NCBI GenBank assembly: GCA_963796455.1
Contig: CAWCLO010000004.1
Coordinates: 512,001 to 576,000 of the forward strand
Source: Candidatus Sulfomarinibacteraceae bacterium
Lineage (GTDB): Bacteria > Acidobacteriota > Thermoanaerobaculia > Thermoanaerobaculales > Sulfomarinibacteraceae
DNA length: 64,000 nucleotides
Direction of reading: 5' to 3'
The translations under genes and the position numbers were made by a program. Within the stretch, counting starts at the first letter, position 1, and each line of letters opens with the position of its first letter. The notes beneath the pieces are model-generated. The model was not told the origin of the DNA. It worked only from the letters and a program-made list of their open reading frames with translations, and did not search any database. Shown one piece after another: positions 20,432 to 30,821 of this stretch.

Positions 20432-21412
20432 ATGAAGATTATCCTCGGTTGTATTCTGATTCTCGTGCTCATACCCTGTTCGGCCATGAGCCAATCAGCC
20501 GCAGAGACCACGCCGGGCGGGAAAATTTCGCTGGTCAAGATGCCGTATCGAGGATCGCGTAACGTGGCCGAACTCTCGCCGTCGCCGGATTATCTCGCCC
20601 AGGGCGGCATCGAGAAAGTGGTCGGGTCCCTCGGCTACAGCGTTGCCCCGATCGATACCGTCGCCTTGACGGCCGAGGAAGAGAAACAATATGGCGTTTG
20701 GCAGCGTCTCGCGCTGGCCAACAACCACCTCGGCGAAATCGTCGCCTCCCGGATTCGGGAGGGCGTGATGCCGGTGGGTCTGCTCGCCAATTGCAGCTCT
20801 CTCATGGGGATGCTGGCCGGGGTGCAGCATTCCGGACCAACAAACCGCCCCTTGCGAGTGGGGCTGATGTGGATCGATGCCCACGGTGACTTCAATACGC
20901 CCGAGACGACCCTGAGCGGAATGCTCGGGGGCATGCCGGTGGCCATTTCCGCCGGGCTGGGTTTGACGAGGCTGAGGATGGTCTCCGGTCTCGATCCGGC
21001 GTTGCCACCGAGTTACATCACGATGGCCGGGGTTCGGGACACCGATCCCCTCGAGCAGGAACTGCTCGACCGATACCGCATCGCGATGATCACCTCGGCC
21101 GAACTCATGGAGCCCGGAATCGCCATCAAACAGCAGATGGCGCGGCTCTCCCAGATCACCGACATCATCTACGTCCACATCGACATGGATGTGCTCGATC
21201 CGAGAGAAGTCCCGGGGCATGGCCTGGCGGTTCCCGGCGGGCCCTCCAGCCTCGAGTTGGCATCCGCGCTGACTCTGATGTTCAGCTATCCAAAGGTCGC
21301 GGCGCTCGGGATCGCTTCCACGCCCTATGGTGAAGACGACCCTGCGCAGCTTTCGCAGCAGGCCGCCTACAACCTCATCGCCGGTGCCATCAAGGGGCTC
21401 CAGCAACGCTGA
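20432..21412 (+). CDS. Arginase/ureohydrolase family protein with signal peptide
   Basis: WIDAHGDFNTPET, GVRDTD, VHIDMDVLDP, VPGG; N-terminal MKIILGCILILVLIPCSAMS. Confidence 0.85.
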   Translation: MKIILGCILILVLIPCSAMSQSAAETTPGGKISLVKMPYRGSRNVAELSPSPDYLAQGGIEKVVGSLGYSVAPIDTVALTAEEEKQYGVWQRLALANNHLGEIVASRIREGVMPVGLLANCSSLMGMLAGVQHSGPTNRPLRVGLMWIDAHGDFNTPETTLSGMLGGMPVAISAGLGLTRLRMVSGLDPALPPSYITMAGVRDTDPLEQELLDRYRIAMITSAELMEPGIAIKQQMARLSQITDIIYVHIDMDVLDPREVPGHGLAVPGGPSSLELASALTLMFSYPKVAALGIASTPYGEDDPAQLSQQAAYNLIAGAIKGLQQR

Positions 21413-21486
21413 GGTGAGTTCGTGGTTCTGGACAGTGGTGTCCAGAACTCGATACTAGATGCTAGGTGCTAGATGCTGGATCACTG

Positions 21487-21876
21487 TTGTCCAAGACAGA
21501 GTCTCGGATAGCGTGCAGGGACAGCGGCAGAGAACGGTCGACAGCGTCAGCAATCAGTCATCAGCGTCAGTGATCAGCGGCCGGGACAGTGAACAGCGTT
21601 CACTTCTTCGGGCTCCGGCCTTTGTGGTGCGGCCGTCTCGGCCGCACGGTGTGCAGGCGAGACGCCGACACCACAACGGCTGTTCCTTCTGTTGAACCAC
21701 CCGGAGGTGGCCACTTCGTCGCCTGGACTCCTGATCGCTGCCGCTGCTCTCCGTCGCTGAAAACTGACCGCTGTCCTGGTTCGCTGTTGCCTGACGCTGA
21801 CGCTGGACACTGTCGCTGCCGCGGTAATTCGGACGGGGACGCGGGGCAATGCCGAACTCAGTCAGCCGAAAACCAA
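21487..21876. repeat. Composite intergenic repeat, copy 2 (same arms as 3210-3557, with a REP-like palindromic core)
   Basis: Both arms align to copy 1. The core 21604-21722 instead matches the reverse complement of 50175-50290. Confidence 0.85.
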
Positions 21877-22095
21877 TAACGATCAGAAATAATCGGTGAA
21901 TGACACCCCGATGCCGAGAGCGTTCTTGTGGACGTTGTGACCGTAATTCCTCATTCGTCGAGGGTCTGAGGTTGCGAATCACGACGAAACAACTGACCTC
22001 ACAATGCGACGAAGAGCCTCCTGACTCCTGCGTGGCACACCTGCACGATGCACCCGTGCAACAATGCGGAGTGTGGCACCCATGCGAATAACATC

Positions 22096-23698
22096 ATGAC
22101 CGTCTTGCTCCGAAATCTGAAGCTCGCCCTGGATCACGACGAAGACGACCTCGGGTCCGCGGCGGCCGAGCACCTTGGCCTCGACGCCGGGGAGGTCGAG
22201 CTTCGGTCGATCGTCAGGAAGTCTCTTGACGCCCGCCGCCGCCGACGGCCGCAGTTTCTTTACACCCTCGCCATCGATCTGCCGGCTGAGGTCGAGCGAT
22301 CACTGCTTGCCGCGGACCCGGCGCCGATCGAACCGTATCGCTCGTCCGAGCGGGTCGAGATCAAAACCATGCGGCAAGCGGCAGATTCCAAACCGCCGGT
22401 TGTGGTGGGTTCCGGCCCGGCAGGTCTCTTTGCGGCCTACAGGTTGGTCCAGGCCGGTTTCGCACCGGTGGTCATCGAGCGGGGCCTCGAGGTCACCGAA
22501 CGCACGCGCCAGTGGAACCGATTTCTCAAGGGCGATGCCTTCAACCCGGAGAGCAATCTGCTTTTTGGTGAGGGAGGTGCCGGTACCTACTCCGATGGCA
22601 AGCTCTATACCCGGGTCAAGGACCCGAGGGTCGGTGAGGTGCTCGAGATCCTCGCCAACTACGGCGCTCCACGGGAGATTCTCTACGACGCCAAACCGCA
22701 CATCGGGTCGAACTTGCTGCCCTCGGTTGTTCGCCGTCTGAGAAACTCGCTCCGCGACCGCGGGGCGGAATTCCGCTTCTCGACAAGGATGACCGGTCTT
22801 CGAATATACGGCGGGAGGATCTGCGGCGTCGGACATCGAGCCTGGTGAGGCTCTCGAAGCTCAATCTGTTTTCCTCGGTCTCGGGCACTCGGCGCGCGAC
22901 ACCATCCGCACACTCCACGACCAAGGCATCGCCATGGAGCAAAAGCCATTTCAACTCGGGGCCCGAATCGAACACCCCCAGTCGGTGATCAATCGGATGC
23001 AGTACGGTCCCGATTTGTGCTCCCACCCGGGGCTGCCGGCCGCCGACTATCGACTCGTCGCCAGGATTCCCGGCGGCGACCTCTTCAGCTTCTGCATGTG
23101 TCCCGGCGGCGAGATCCTTCCGGCCACCGAGAAGGCGGGTTCCATCTGCGTCAACGGCGCCTCGCCCCTGGGACGCAAAGGCAGTTTCGCCAACTCTGGT
23201 TTTGTGATCACCTTCGATCCGGCCGAGTTTGGAGGCGAGGGGGTCCTCGCCGGCATCGAGTTGCAGGAAGAAATCGAAGGCCGGGCGGCGGCCCTGGCCC
23301 GCCAACCCTTTGGCGCGCCCGCCCTTCGTTTGCAGGATTTCGTTGGCGGCTGCATCTCCACCGAAATCCCCGAGTCGAGCTATCCGCTGACCCTGACGCC
23401 GGCGCCCTTCGAGGAATTTCTGCCTCCTCGTGTGATCGATGCCCTCCGCCGCGGGCTCGACGTCCTCTGTGCCCGTTTGCCCATCCTGCGCCATCCCGAG
23501 GCGATCATCGTCGGCCCCGAGTCGCGCAGTTCGTGTCCGGTGCGGATTCTCCGCGACCAGCGGACCCTCGAATCTCCCTCTGCAGCAGGTCTCTACCCGA
23601 TGGGGGAGGGTGCCGGCCACGCCGGCGGCATCATGTCCGCGGCCATCGACGGGATGCGCTGTGCTGAAGCTTTCCTGGGGCGCAGCGATAGCATTTGA
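22096..23698 (+). CDS. FAD-dependent oxidoreductase, uncharacterised family; +1 frameshift at about 22831
   Basis: VVGSGPAG, FGEGGAGTYSDGKL, FCMCPGG, GEGAGHAGGIMSAAIDG. Deleting one G at 22831-22832 restores VDIEPGEALEAQSVFLGLGHSARDT and fuses the two ORFs. Confidence 0.85.
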
Positions 23699-23708
23699 AT
23701 GAGCGTGG

Positions 23709-26139
23709 TTACTCGGGCAGCGTGACCTCGAATCTGATCGCGTTCAGTTGTTCGGGGGAGCTGCCGACTCGTTCCAGGAACGCTCGCCAGCGAGGGTCGT
23801 TTTCGATGGATGAATAGAACGGCAGCAGGAACTGCTCGGTCAGTCCGGCTTCGTTTTGCTCGAGGGCCTTGTCGAGCCAGCTCATGGTTGCATCGCCGTT
23901 GCCGGTGAAGCCAAACACATGCGCGACTTCTGAGGGCCACTCACGACCCCAGCCTTGGATCAGTTCTTCGAGCCTGAGCTCGTGCTCATCCTTTCGTTCG
24001 AGCGCAAATAACGCGAGAGCCTCACCCTTGACCCTCCATTCCTCGTCTTCCTCCCTGGAAAACATATCGAACGCCTCAGCGGGGTCACCGTTGAAGAGCA
24101 TCGCCAGTCCGAGGTGGTGGGGACCGCCGATGTCGTTCGGACTCAAGTGGAGTGCAGTGGCGTACGAAGCCTCCGCCCGGTTCCATTGACGGTCGTAGAA
24201 ATAGCTGTGGCCGAGGAGGGTATGGGCATTGGAATTCAGCGGGTCGCGAGCGGTGACGTATTTCCCGAGGGCGATTGCCTCATCCAGACGGCCGAGGTGT
24301 TCCAGCAGAGTCGCGGCGCTGCGGTAGATGCCGAGATGGGCCGGGTCCAGCGCCAGGGCTCGTTCGCAGTGGCGGGCGGCGGCGGCAAGATCGTTGTCGT
24401 GCCACAACGCGATCCAGCTGAGGGTCTCATGGGCCGGGGCGTAGTTCGGGTCGATCGAAAGAGCCCGTTCGGCCGCCTCCCGGGCGAGACGATAGCCCTC
24501 GTCGGCGGGGCGCAGCCCGTTGTTCGTCTGGTTCAGATAGCTCGCGGCCAGACCGTCCCATGCGGGTGCATAGTCGGGATCGATCGCCAGGACCTCTTTG
24601 AAGAGTGCTATGGCCTGCTCAATGCCTTCTGCAGTCAGTTGTCCGCCGACGTGGCGGGCCTGCAGGAACAGAGAATAGGCTTCGGGGTCGGTTGCGACGA
24701 TCGTGGGTGCGCCGCCGAGCAGCGCGATTTTCAACTCTTCGACCACCGCGGCGGCGATCTCATCCTGGATGGCAAAGATGTCATCGAGCGTCCGGTCGTA
24801 GGTCTCCGACCACAGGTGGGTGTCGGTGCGTGCGTCGATCAGCTGCGCCGTGATGCGCACCTGGTTGCCGGCCTTGCGCACCGAACCTTCCAAAACGTGG
24901 GCCACGTTCAGGCGTTTCGCGATTTCGGGTATCTCCAGGTTCTGGCCCTTGAATGAAAAGGCCGAGGACCGCGAGATCACCCGCAGCTCGGGAATCTTCG
25001 CCAGGAGATTCAGAAGCTCTTCGGCGATGCCGTCCGAGAAGTACTCATTGCCCGCGTCATCGCTCATATTGATAAATGCCAGAACGGCGATGGACCTGTC
25101 GTCGGCTGCGGCGGCCGTTGGTGCGAGCTCCGGCTCGGGTGTCAGGGTGGCCCTACCGAACAGGAAGGCCAGCGTGGCGATGACCACGAGGGCGCCCACG
25201 ACCCAGATCCATCCGCGGTTTGCACGGCTCCGGGATTCGGTGCGGGGCACCATCACGGTGGCGCCGGTCAAGCTGACGCCCGATTCGGTTTCATTTTTCA
25301 GCTCGCGCAACTGGTTGCGGATTTCGGCGGCCGAGTGGTAACGATTCTCCGGGTTCTTCTCGAGACAGCGGGACACGATTTGCCCCAGATGGATCGGCAG
25401 ATCCGGTTTGAGTTCGGGCAACGGCTGCGGTGCATCGCGGAGGATGGCCATGCTCACATCCATCTGTGAGTCGCCTCGAAACGGTCGTTGCCCGATGCCA
25501 GCTCATAAAGAAGGACGCCGAGGGAAAAGAGATCACTGCGGTGGTCGAGGACCTTCCCTCGGAGTTGTTCCGGCGACATGTAAGGGATCGTCCCGACCAG
25601 GGTCCCTGCAACGGTCAGGCTCAGATTGTGCGTTTCGTCTCCGTCGACGGCATTCGTGCTCTCCGTGTGTTTCGCCAGCCCGAAATCGAGGACCTTGACC
25701 CGCCCATCGTCAGCGATCATGACGTTGGCGGGTTTGAGGTCTCGATGCACGATGTGCTTTGCGTGGGCGGCCGAAAGTGCATCGGCCACGGCGATACCGA
25801 TCTCGAAGATTCTCGACAGCGGGAGACTCCTTCTCGCGAGGATCTGGTCGAGGCCCCGGCCTTCGACGAGTTCCATCGTCAGGAAGTGAACGCCGGAATC
25901 TTCTTCCACCGAAAAAAGCGTGACGATGTGGGGATGATTGAGCCCCGCGACCGTTTCGGCCTCGCGCTGAAAACGTTCGAGGCGCTCGGGGTCGGCGGCC
26001 ATTTCCGGAGGGAGGATCTTCAGGGCGACGTCGCGCTTGAGTTTGTGTCCCGCGCCCGGTAGACCTCACCCATTCCGCCTTTGCCGAGCAGATCGATGAT
26101 CTCGTAGTGAGCGAGTTTGCTTCCTTGCTCCAGAGCCAT
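23709..26139 (-). CDS. Ser/Thr kinase-TM-TolB-N-like-TPR protein; two single-base frameshifts
   Basis: [27 protein letters not shown] from ATG 26139; [33 protein letters not shown]; TPRs. Adding one A at about 26043 and one at about 25489 (A-runs on the coding strand) restores a single frame. Confidence 0.85.
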
Positions 26140-26390
26140 TGGAAGATTCTAACCCGCTCGGCGCTCACCGTTTTCGGTGCGGCATGGACGTGATCCTTCG
26201 GGACTCTCCAATTCCGGGTGTCATCCGCTTGCACGATGGATCTCTGTGAGTTCGCGACCGGCGATCGCCACCGACGTCACGGCAGCGGCAAGGGTCGCGG
26301 CAGCCGAACGTACTCTTGGGATCATCGAATCTCCGCAATTGAAAATCTTTCTCATTTACGGGGGAGTTGACGACGGTTTTCATTGACGGA

Positions 26391-26419
26391 TTGACACTGG
26401 GTTTTCCAGGACATAGATT
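26391..26419 (+). promoter_or_regulatory. Sigma70-type promoter
   Basis: TTGACA (26391-26396), 17-bp spacer, TAGATT (26414-26419), in an AT-rich intergenic patch upstream of 26579. Confidence 0.7.
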
Positions 26420-26578
26420 CTCATTAGAAATTACGATTTTGAGAGAAAGTAGGTGAACGAGGCAAGGCCAAGGGATCTGATCCCGGCCAACGTCTGGACC
26501 GGTGGTTCATTGCGTACCGGAGACGCGACCGAGCTTTGGTCTTTCTGTTTTGCGACCCTCCCAGGAAAGGAACTGAAG

Positions 26579-28114
26579 ATGACAAGCAAGATGTTTCGAT
26601 TGGGTGCGTTCATCGTCCTCCTCTTCGTCGCCCCTGTGGTATCCGCCAACTACTGCGCGCTCGACGAAGTTCCGGCGGCGACTCTCCTTTTTCCATTTGT
26701 GGCTTTCGATTATGAAGGTGGGTACAACGGTCAGACGACCCAGATCGCCATCACCAATGTTTCGTCCGAAGCGCAGATTGTCCACGTGACCATCTGGTCC
26801 GACTACTCCGTTGCAATCCTCGATTTCAATGTCGTGCTGACCGGCTACGACGTGGTTCGCATGAACACCCGCGACATCCTCGCTTTCGGCCTCCTACCGA
26901 CCGAAGACGAGGCGACTTCCCGCAAGGACAATATCTGGGTCGACGACGACAGCAACGCGGGCGGCACGCCCTTTGACGACGGCCCCTGGTCAACCCACAA
27001 CGAACTCCACGATCCGCCGGTCGTTCTCAGCAACCTGCCGGATCCCGAATCGACCACGCCGTTGGACTGCGATCCTGACGACTGGATCTCGTCACCGGTC
27101 AACTACGTCGACCCGATCCCACCGGGAACGCTTGGCGTTTTCGAGGGCTATCTCAAGGCCAGCCAGACCTCGGCGAGGTCCTACCTCGACTGTGCGGACG
27201 AGGTTGAAGAGTTTCCGGAGGAAACGTGGTTCATCGCCCGCGACAGCGGCCCGGTGTGGATTTATGTGACCGCCGACGTGGTGGCTTCCTGCAACAAGGA
27301 CCTGCCGGACGGACAGGCTTCGACCTATTTTGCCCTCGATCGTGCGAATACGGATGGGGTACTCGATGACAATGTGCTGATCGGTGACGTGATCTGGCTT
27401 GATACGGGGAAACGGTTTTCAGAAGCGGATGAGGCGGTCCATCTCGAGTCCTTTGGACCGGCATCGGACGTGACTTTTTATACCCGCTACACCCTGGCTT
27501 TCGACGCCTTTGCCGATGGCCGCGAACCGCTTCCATCCGCGTGGGCGATCCGTTACCAGGTGATTCAAGATGATGGCATCGATACCTGGATAAGGGTCTT
27601 CAAGGGTTCGACTCTCAACCGGACGGTTGCCGACCTGGCGAGTTCGAGCGTGGGTCCGAATTGGGGATCGATCAACTCGGTTGGTCCTGCCAATCTCTAC
27701 GCTTCGGCGTGCGTCCCGTACACCTACTACGCGTGGGACGAGGACGAAAATGTGAACTCGGTTTCTTCGGACGAAGATCCCTGGTCCGGCACCGAGGACC
27801 CGATTCGACCGGTTCCCAATCTCCTGCCGTTGGAGGTTCAAGAGGTCCGGATCGACCAGTTCTTCATCGTCCGCGAGGATCCCGATGAGGAGTTCTTCGG
27901 CTGGCTACTGCTGATCTGGCCGGGTTCGAACGGTGCGCCGGTCGGAAATACCGCGGGTGATCTGGACGATCGGTATCAGACCTGGGTTGGGGCCAGATAT
28001 ACCGGTTTCGGGTATTTTTCGGCTGGACTCAGCGGCGCCGTCATGGCGAACTTCAACTGCGACGATACCCAGGTATTGCCGTTGCTCGGTTTGGGGCAAC
28101 CGCGGGTCCGCTGA
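26579..28114 (+). CDS. Secreted acidic hypothetical protein ('PAATLLFP' family)
   Basis: RBS AAGGAA before ATG 26579; signal peptide ending VSA; mature start NYCALDEVPAATLLFPFV; very Asp-rich; several Cys. Confidence 0.8.
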   Translation: MTSKMFRLGAFIVLLFVAPVVSANYCALDEVPAATLLFPFVAFDYEGGYNGQTTQIAITNVSSEAQIVHVTIWSDYSVAILDFNVVLTGYDVVRMNTRDILAFGLLPTEDEATSRKDNIWVDDDSNAGGTPFDDGPWSTHNELHDPPVVLSNLPDPESTTPLDCDPDDWISSPVNYVDPIPPGTLGVFEGYLKASQTSARSYLDCADEVEEFPEETWFIARDSGPVWIYVTADVVASCNKDLPDGQASTYFALDRANTDGVLDDNVLIGDVIWLDTGKRFSEADEAVHLESFGPASDVTFYTRYTLAFDAFADGREPLPSAWAIRYQVIQDDGIDTWIRVFKGSTLNRTVADLASSSVGPNWGSINSVGPANLYASACVPYTYYAWDEDENVNSVSSDEDPWSGTEDPIRPVPNLLPLEVQEVRIDQFFIVREDPDEEFFGWLLLIWPGSNGAPVGNTAGDLDDRYQTWVGARYTGFGYFSAGLSGAVMANFNCDDTQVLPLLGLGQPRVR

Positions 28115-28363
28115 GACCAGCCGTCTATCAAAGACCGTTTCGACCGATCTCGGTGAAGATTCCGGGCTCGATCGGCCAGGGCGGAGCATTCACCGTTTGG
28201 TGAGGAGGCGCACAACGAGGTGGGGTGCGGCTTTGGCCGAAATTCGGAGTGGGGCCAGGTGATCAGCGAATGAGCACCTCATCCAACAACGGGTGAGCAA
28301 AAGCGACCCTATACTCATGGACTGTCGTGGAGTGACTGTGCGACCAAAATTCTGGAGTTCCTG

Positions 28364-30403
28364 ATGAACAAGACGATCTGGCTTTCGATCCTCGCCCTTG
28401 CCGCAGCATTCAATTCTGTTACCGCCGCCGAACTGGACGACGAAAAACTCCAACTCATCGACATCTTTCAATTGGAGTATGCCGCCGATCCCCGGATCTC
28501 GCCCGATGGCCGAAACATCGTCTATGTCCGTTCATTCATGGACATCATGACCGATAGCCGGCGGTCGAATCTGTGGATCCTGAAGGCTGATGGATCGGAT
28601 CACAGACCGCTGACTTCCGGCAACGAGAACCATCGTTCGCCGCGATGGTCGCCCGATGGCAAACGGCTGCTCTATATCTCCGGCGAAGAAGATTCTCCGC
28701 AAATCTATTGTCGATGGATGGACACAGGACAAAGCGCCAGACTTTCCCGTCTCGTGAACTCGCCGAGCGACCTCGCATGGTCGCCGGACGGTCAGCACAT
28801 CGCCTTTTCGATGTTGGTGCCCACATCCTCCAAGCCTTTCGCCAAAATGCCGCCCAAACCCAAGGGTGCGGAGTGGGCGGAACCGGCGAAAGTCATTCAG
28901 AAGCTCCGCTACAGAGCCGACGGCCCCGGCTATCTCAAGGACGGGTATTTCCACATTTTCGTCCTGCCCGCTGAAGGCGGTACGCCGCGGCAGATCACAT
29001 CCGGGGACTTCCACCATGATGGCCCTCAGTGGACACCCGACGGCAAGTCCCTCGTTTTCTCCGCCAACCGACATGAGGACTGGGAGTATCAACCGCGCAA
29101 CAACGAGGTCTATGAAGTCAGTCTTTCAGACCGTCAGATCACGGCCCTGACCGATCGGAAGGGACCGGACAACAGCCCGGCGGTTTCACCGGACGGAGGA
29201 CAGATTGCCTACCTGGGTTATGACGACCTTTTCCAGGGATATCAGGTCACGCACCTTTACGTCATGAACAACGATGGCAGCGGCGCGCGCCTCGTCACGG
29301 GTGATTTTGATCGTGACGTCAGGAACATCAAATGGAGTGAGGACGGTCGAGGTCTGTTCTTTCAGTACGACGAGCGCGGCAACACCAAGATAGGGTTCGT
29401 GACATTGAACGGGAAGGTCGAATCCCTCGCCGGCGATGTCGGCGGCATGTCACTCGGCCGGCCGTATGGGGCGGGCACCTACTCCGTCGCCGATGATGGG
29501 AGCTTTGCCTTTACTCTTTCCCGTCCTGATTTTCCGGCCGACGTGGCGGTGGGCCGCCGGGGAGCCGAGCCCACCCGTCTGACCCGTCTGAACGAGGACC
29601 TTCTCGGCAACAAGCTCCTGGCAACGGTCGAAGAGATCTGGTTCGATTCTTCTTTCGACGGCCGGAAAATCCAGGGCTGGATCGCCAAGCCGCCTGGATT
29701 CGATGCCTCCAAGACCTACCCGTTGATTCTCGAGATTCACGGTGGCCCCTTTGCCAACTACGGCGACCGCTTTGCAGCTGAGATTCAGCTGTACGCTGCC
29801 GCCGGCTACGTCGTGCTCTATATCAACCCCCGGGGAAGCACCAGCTATGGGCAGGAATTCGGCAACCTGATCCACCACAATTACCCCGGCCAGGACTACG
29901 ACGATCTGATGTCCGGTGTCGATGCCGTCATCAACAAAGGGTATGTGGACGGCGAAGGGCTCTACGTCACCGGCGGGAGCGGCGGCGGCGTCCTTTCGAG
30001 TTGGATCGTCGGGAAAACGGATCGGTTCAAAGCAGCCGTCGTCGCCAAACCCGTCATCAACTGGTACAGCTGGAGTCTGACTGCCGACAACTACAGCTTC
30101 TATTACAAGTACTGGTTCCCAGGTCCGCCTTGGGAGCACATGGAGCACTACATGAAGAGGTCTCCCTTGTCCCTGGTCGGCAACGTGACGACGCCGACGA
30201 TGCTGCTCACGGGAGAGAACGACTACCGGACGCCGATGTCGGAATCGGAGCAGTACTATCAGGCGCTCAAGATCCGAAAGATCGATACCGCTCTGGTCAG
30301 GATACCCGGCGCTTCCCATGGAATCGCAAATCGTCCCAGCCAGCTCATCGCCAAGATCGCGTATATCTTGAAATGGTTTGAAATCCATCGGGACCCATCG
30401 TGA
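28364..30403 (+). CDS. S9 family (acylaminoacyl/dipeptidyl) peptidase with PD40 propeller, exported
   Basis: SPDG repeats, IHGGP, NPRGSTSYG, GGSGGG nucleophile, GENDYR, ASHG. Confidence 0.93.
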   Translation: MNKTIWLSILALAAAFNSVTAAELDDEKLQLIDIFQLEYAADPRISPDGRNIVYVRSFMDIMTDSRRSNLWILKADGSDHRPLTSGNENHRSPRWSPDGKRLLYISGEEDSPQIYCRWMDTGQSARLSRLVNSPSDLAWSPDGQHIAFSMLVPTSSKPFAKMPPKPKGAEWAEPAKVIQKLRYRADGPGYLKDGYFHIFVLPAEGGTPRQITSGDFHHDGPQWTPDGKSLVFSANRHEDWEYQPRNNEVYEVSLSDRQITALTDRKGPDNSPAVSPDGGQIAYLGYDDLFQGYQVTHLYVMNNDGSGARLVTGDFDRDVRNIKWSEDGRGLFFQYDERGNTKIGFVTLNGKVESLAGDVGGMSLGRPYGAGTYSVADDGSFAFTLSRPDFPADVAVGRRGAEPTRLTRLNEDLLGNKLLATVEEIWFDSSFDGRKIQGWIAKPPGFDASKTYPLILEIHGGPFANYGDRFAAEIQLYAAAGYVVLYINPRGSTSYGQEFGNLIHHNYPGQDYDDLMSGVDAVINKGYVDGEGLYVTGGSGGGVLSSWIVGKTDRFKAAVVAKPVINWYSWSLTADNYSFYYKYWFPGPPWEHMEHYMKRSPLSLVGNVTTPTMLLTGENDYRTPMSESEQYYQALKIRKIDTALVRIPGASHGIANRPSQLIAKIAYILKWFEIHRDPS

Positions 30404-30439
30404 GGAAGTCTGCTGAATAGGCGAATCCAGGGATTGAAC

Positions 30440-30548
30440 CCGCGTCCGAGTCCGCGTCCGTGCCCGAATTGCAGCGGCAGCGACAGTGTCCAGCGGCAGA
30501 GACAGGACAGGGACAGGGAGCAGAGACAGGAAACAGCGGTCAGCGGCG
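30440..30548. repeat. Solitary inverted right arm of the composite repeat
   Basis: CCGAATTGCAGCGGCAGCGACAGTGTCCAGCG is the reverse complement of 3459-3490. It is preceded by GTCCGC/GTCCGA units and followed by GACAGG-like units. Confidence 0.85.
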
Positions 30549-30665
30549 GTCGACCGGGGCGACAAGCTCGAGATGATGCTCGCCATGGGCGCCGACCAGG
30601 TCATCGACTACCAACAGGAGGACTTCACCCGTGGCAACGGGCGCTACGACCTCATCCTCGATCTC
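30546..30665 (+). pseudogene. Internal fragment of an MDR-family NAD(P)-dependent alcohol dehydrogenase/quinone reductase
   Basis: AVDRGDKLEMMLAMGADQVIDYQQEDFTRGNGRYDLILD; no N- or C-terminal remainder. Confidence 0.7.
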
Positions 30666-30821
30666 CCGATATCAGTATGTTCTCTCCCTATTTCCGGACG
30701 TTCGACCACTCTGATCCACCATATGGACAGCAACAGCACGAGGCATGGTTCTTGCTGTTCCTGTTTGGGTCCGTGACAGTCACTGAAAACAAGTCGAAAT
30801 AACTTATTGGGGAGCGAAACC

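Noticed and set aside
22846..22848. TGA as selenocysteine or readthrough (also 56182-56184)
   Set aside because: Homology continues in a different frame, so these are frameshifts rather than recoding.
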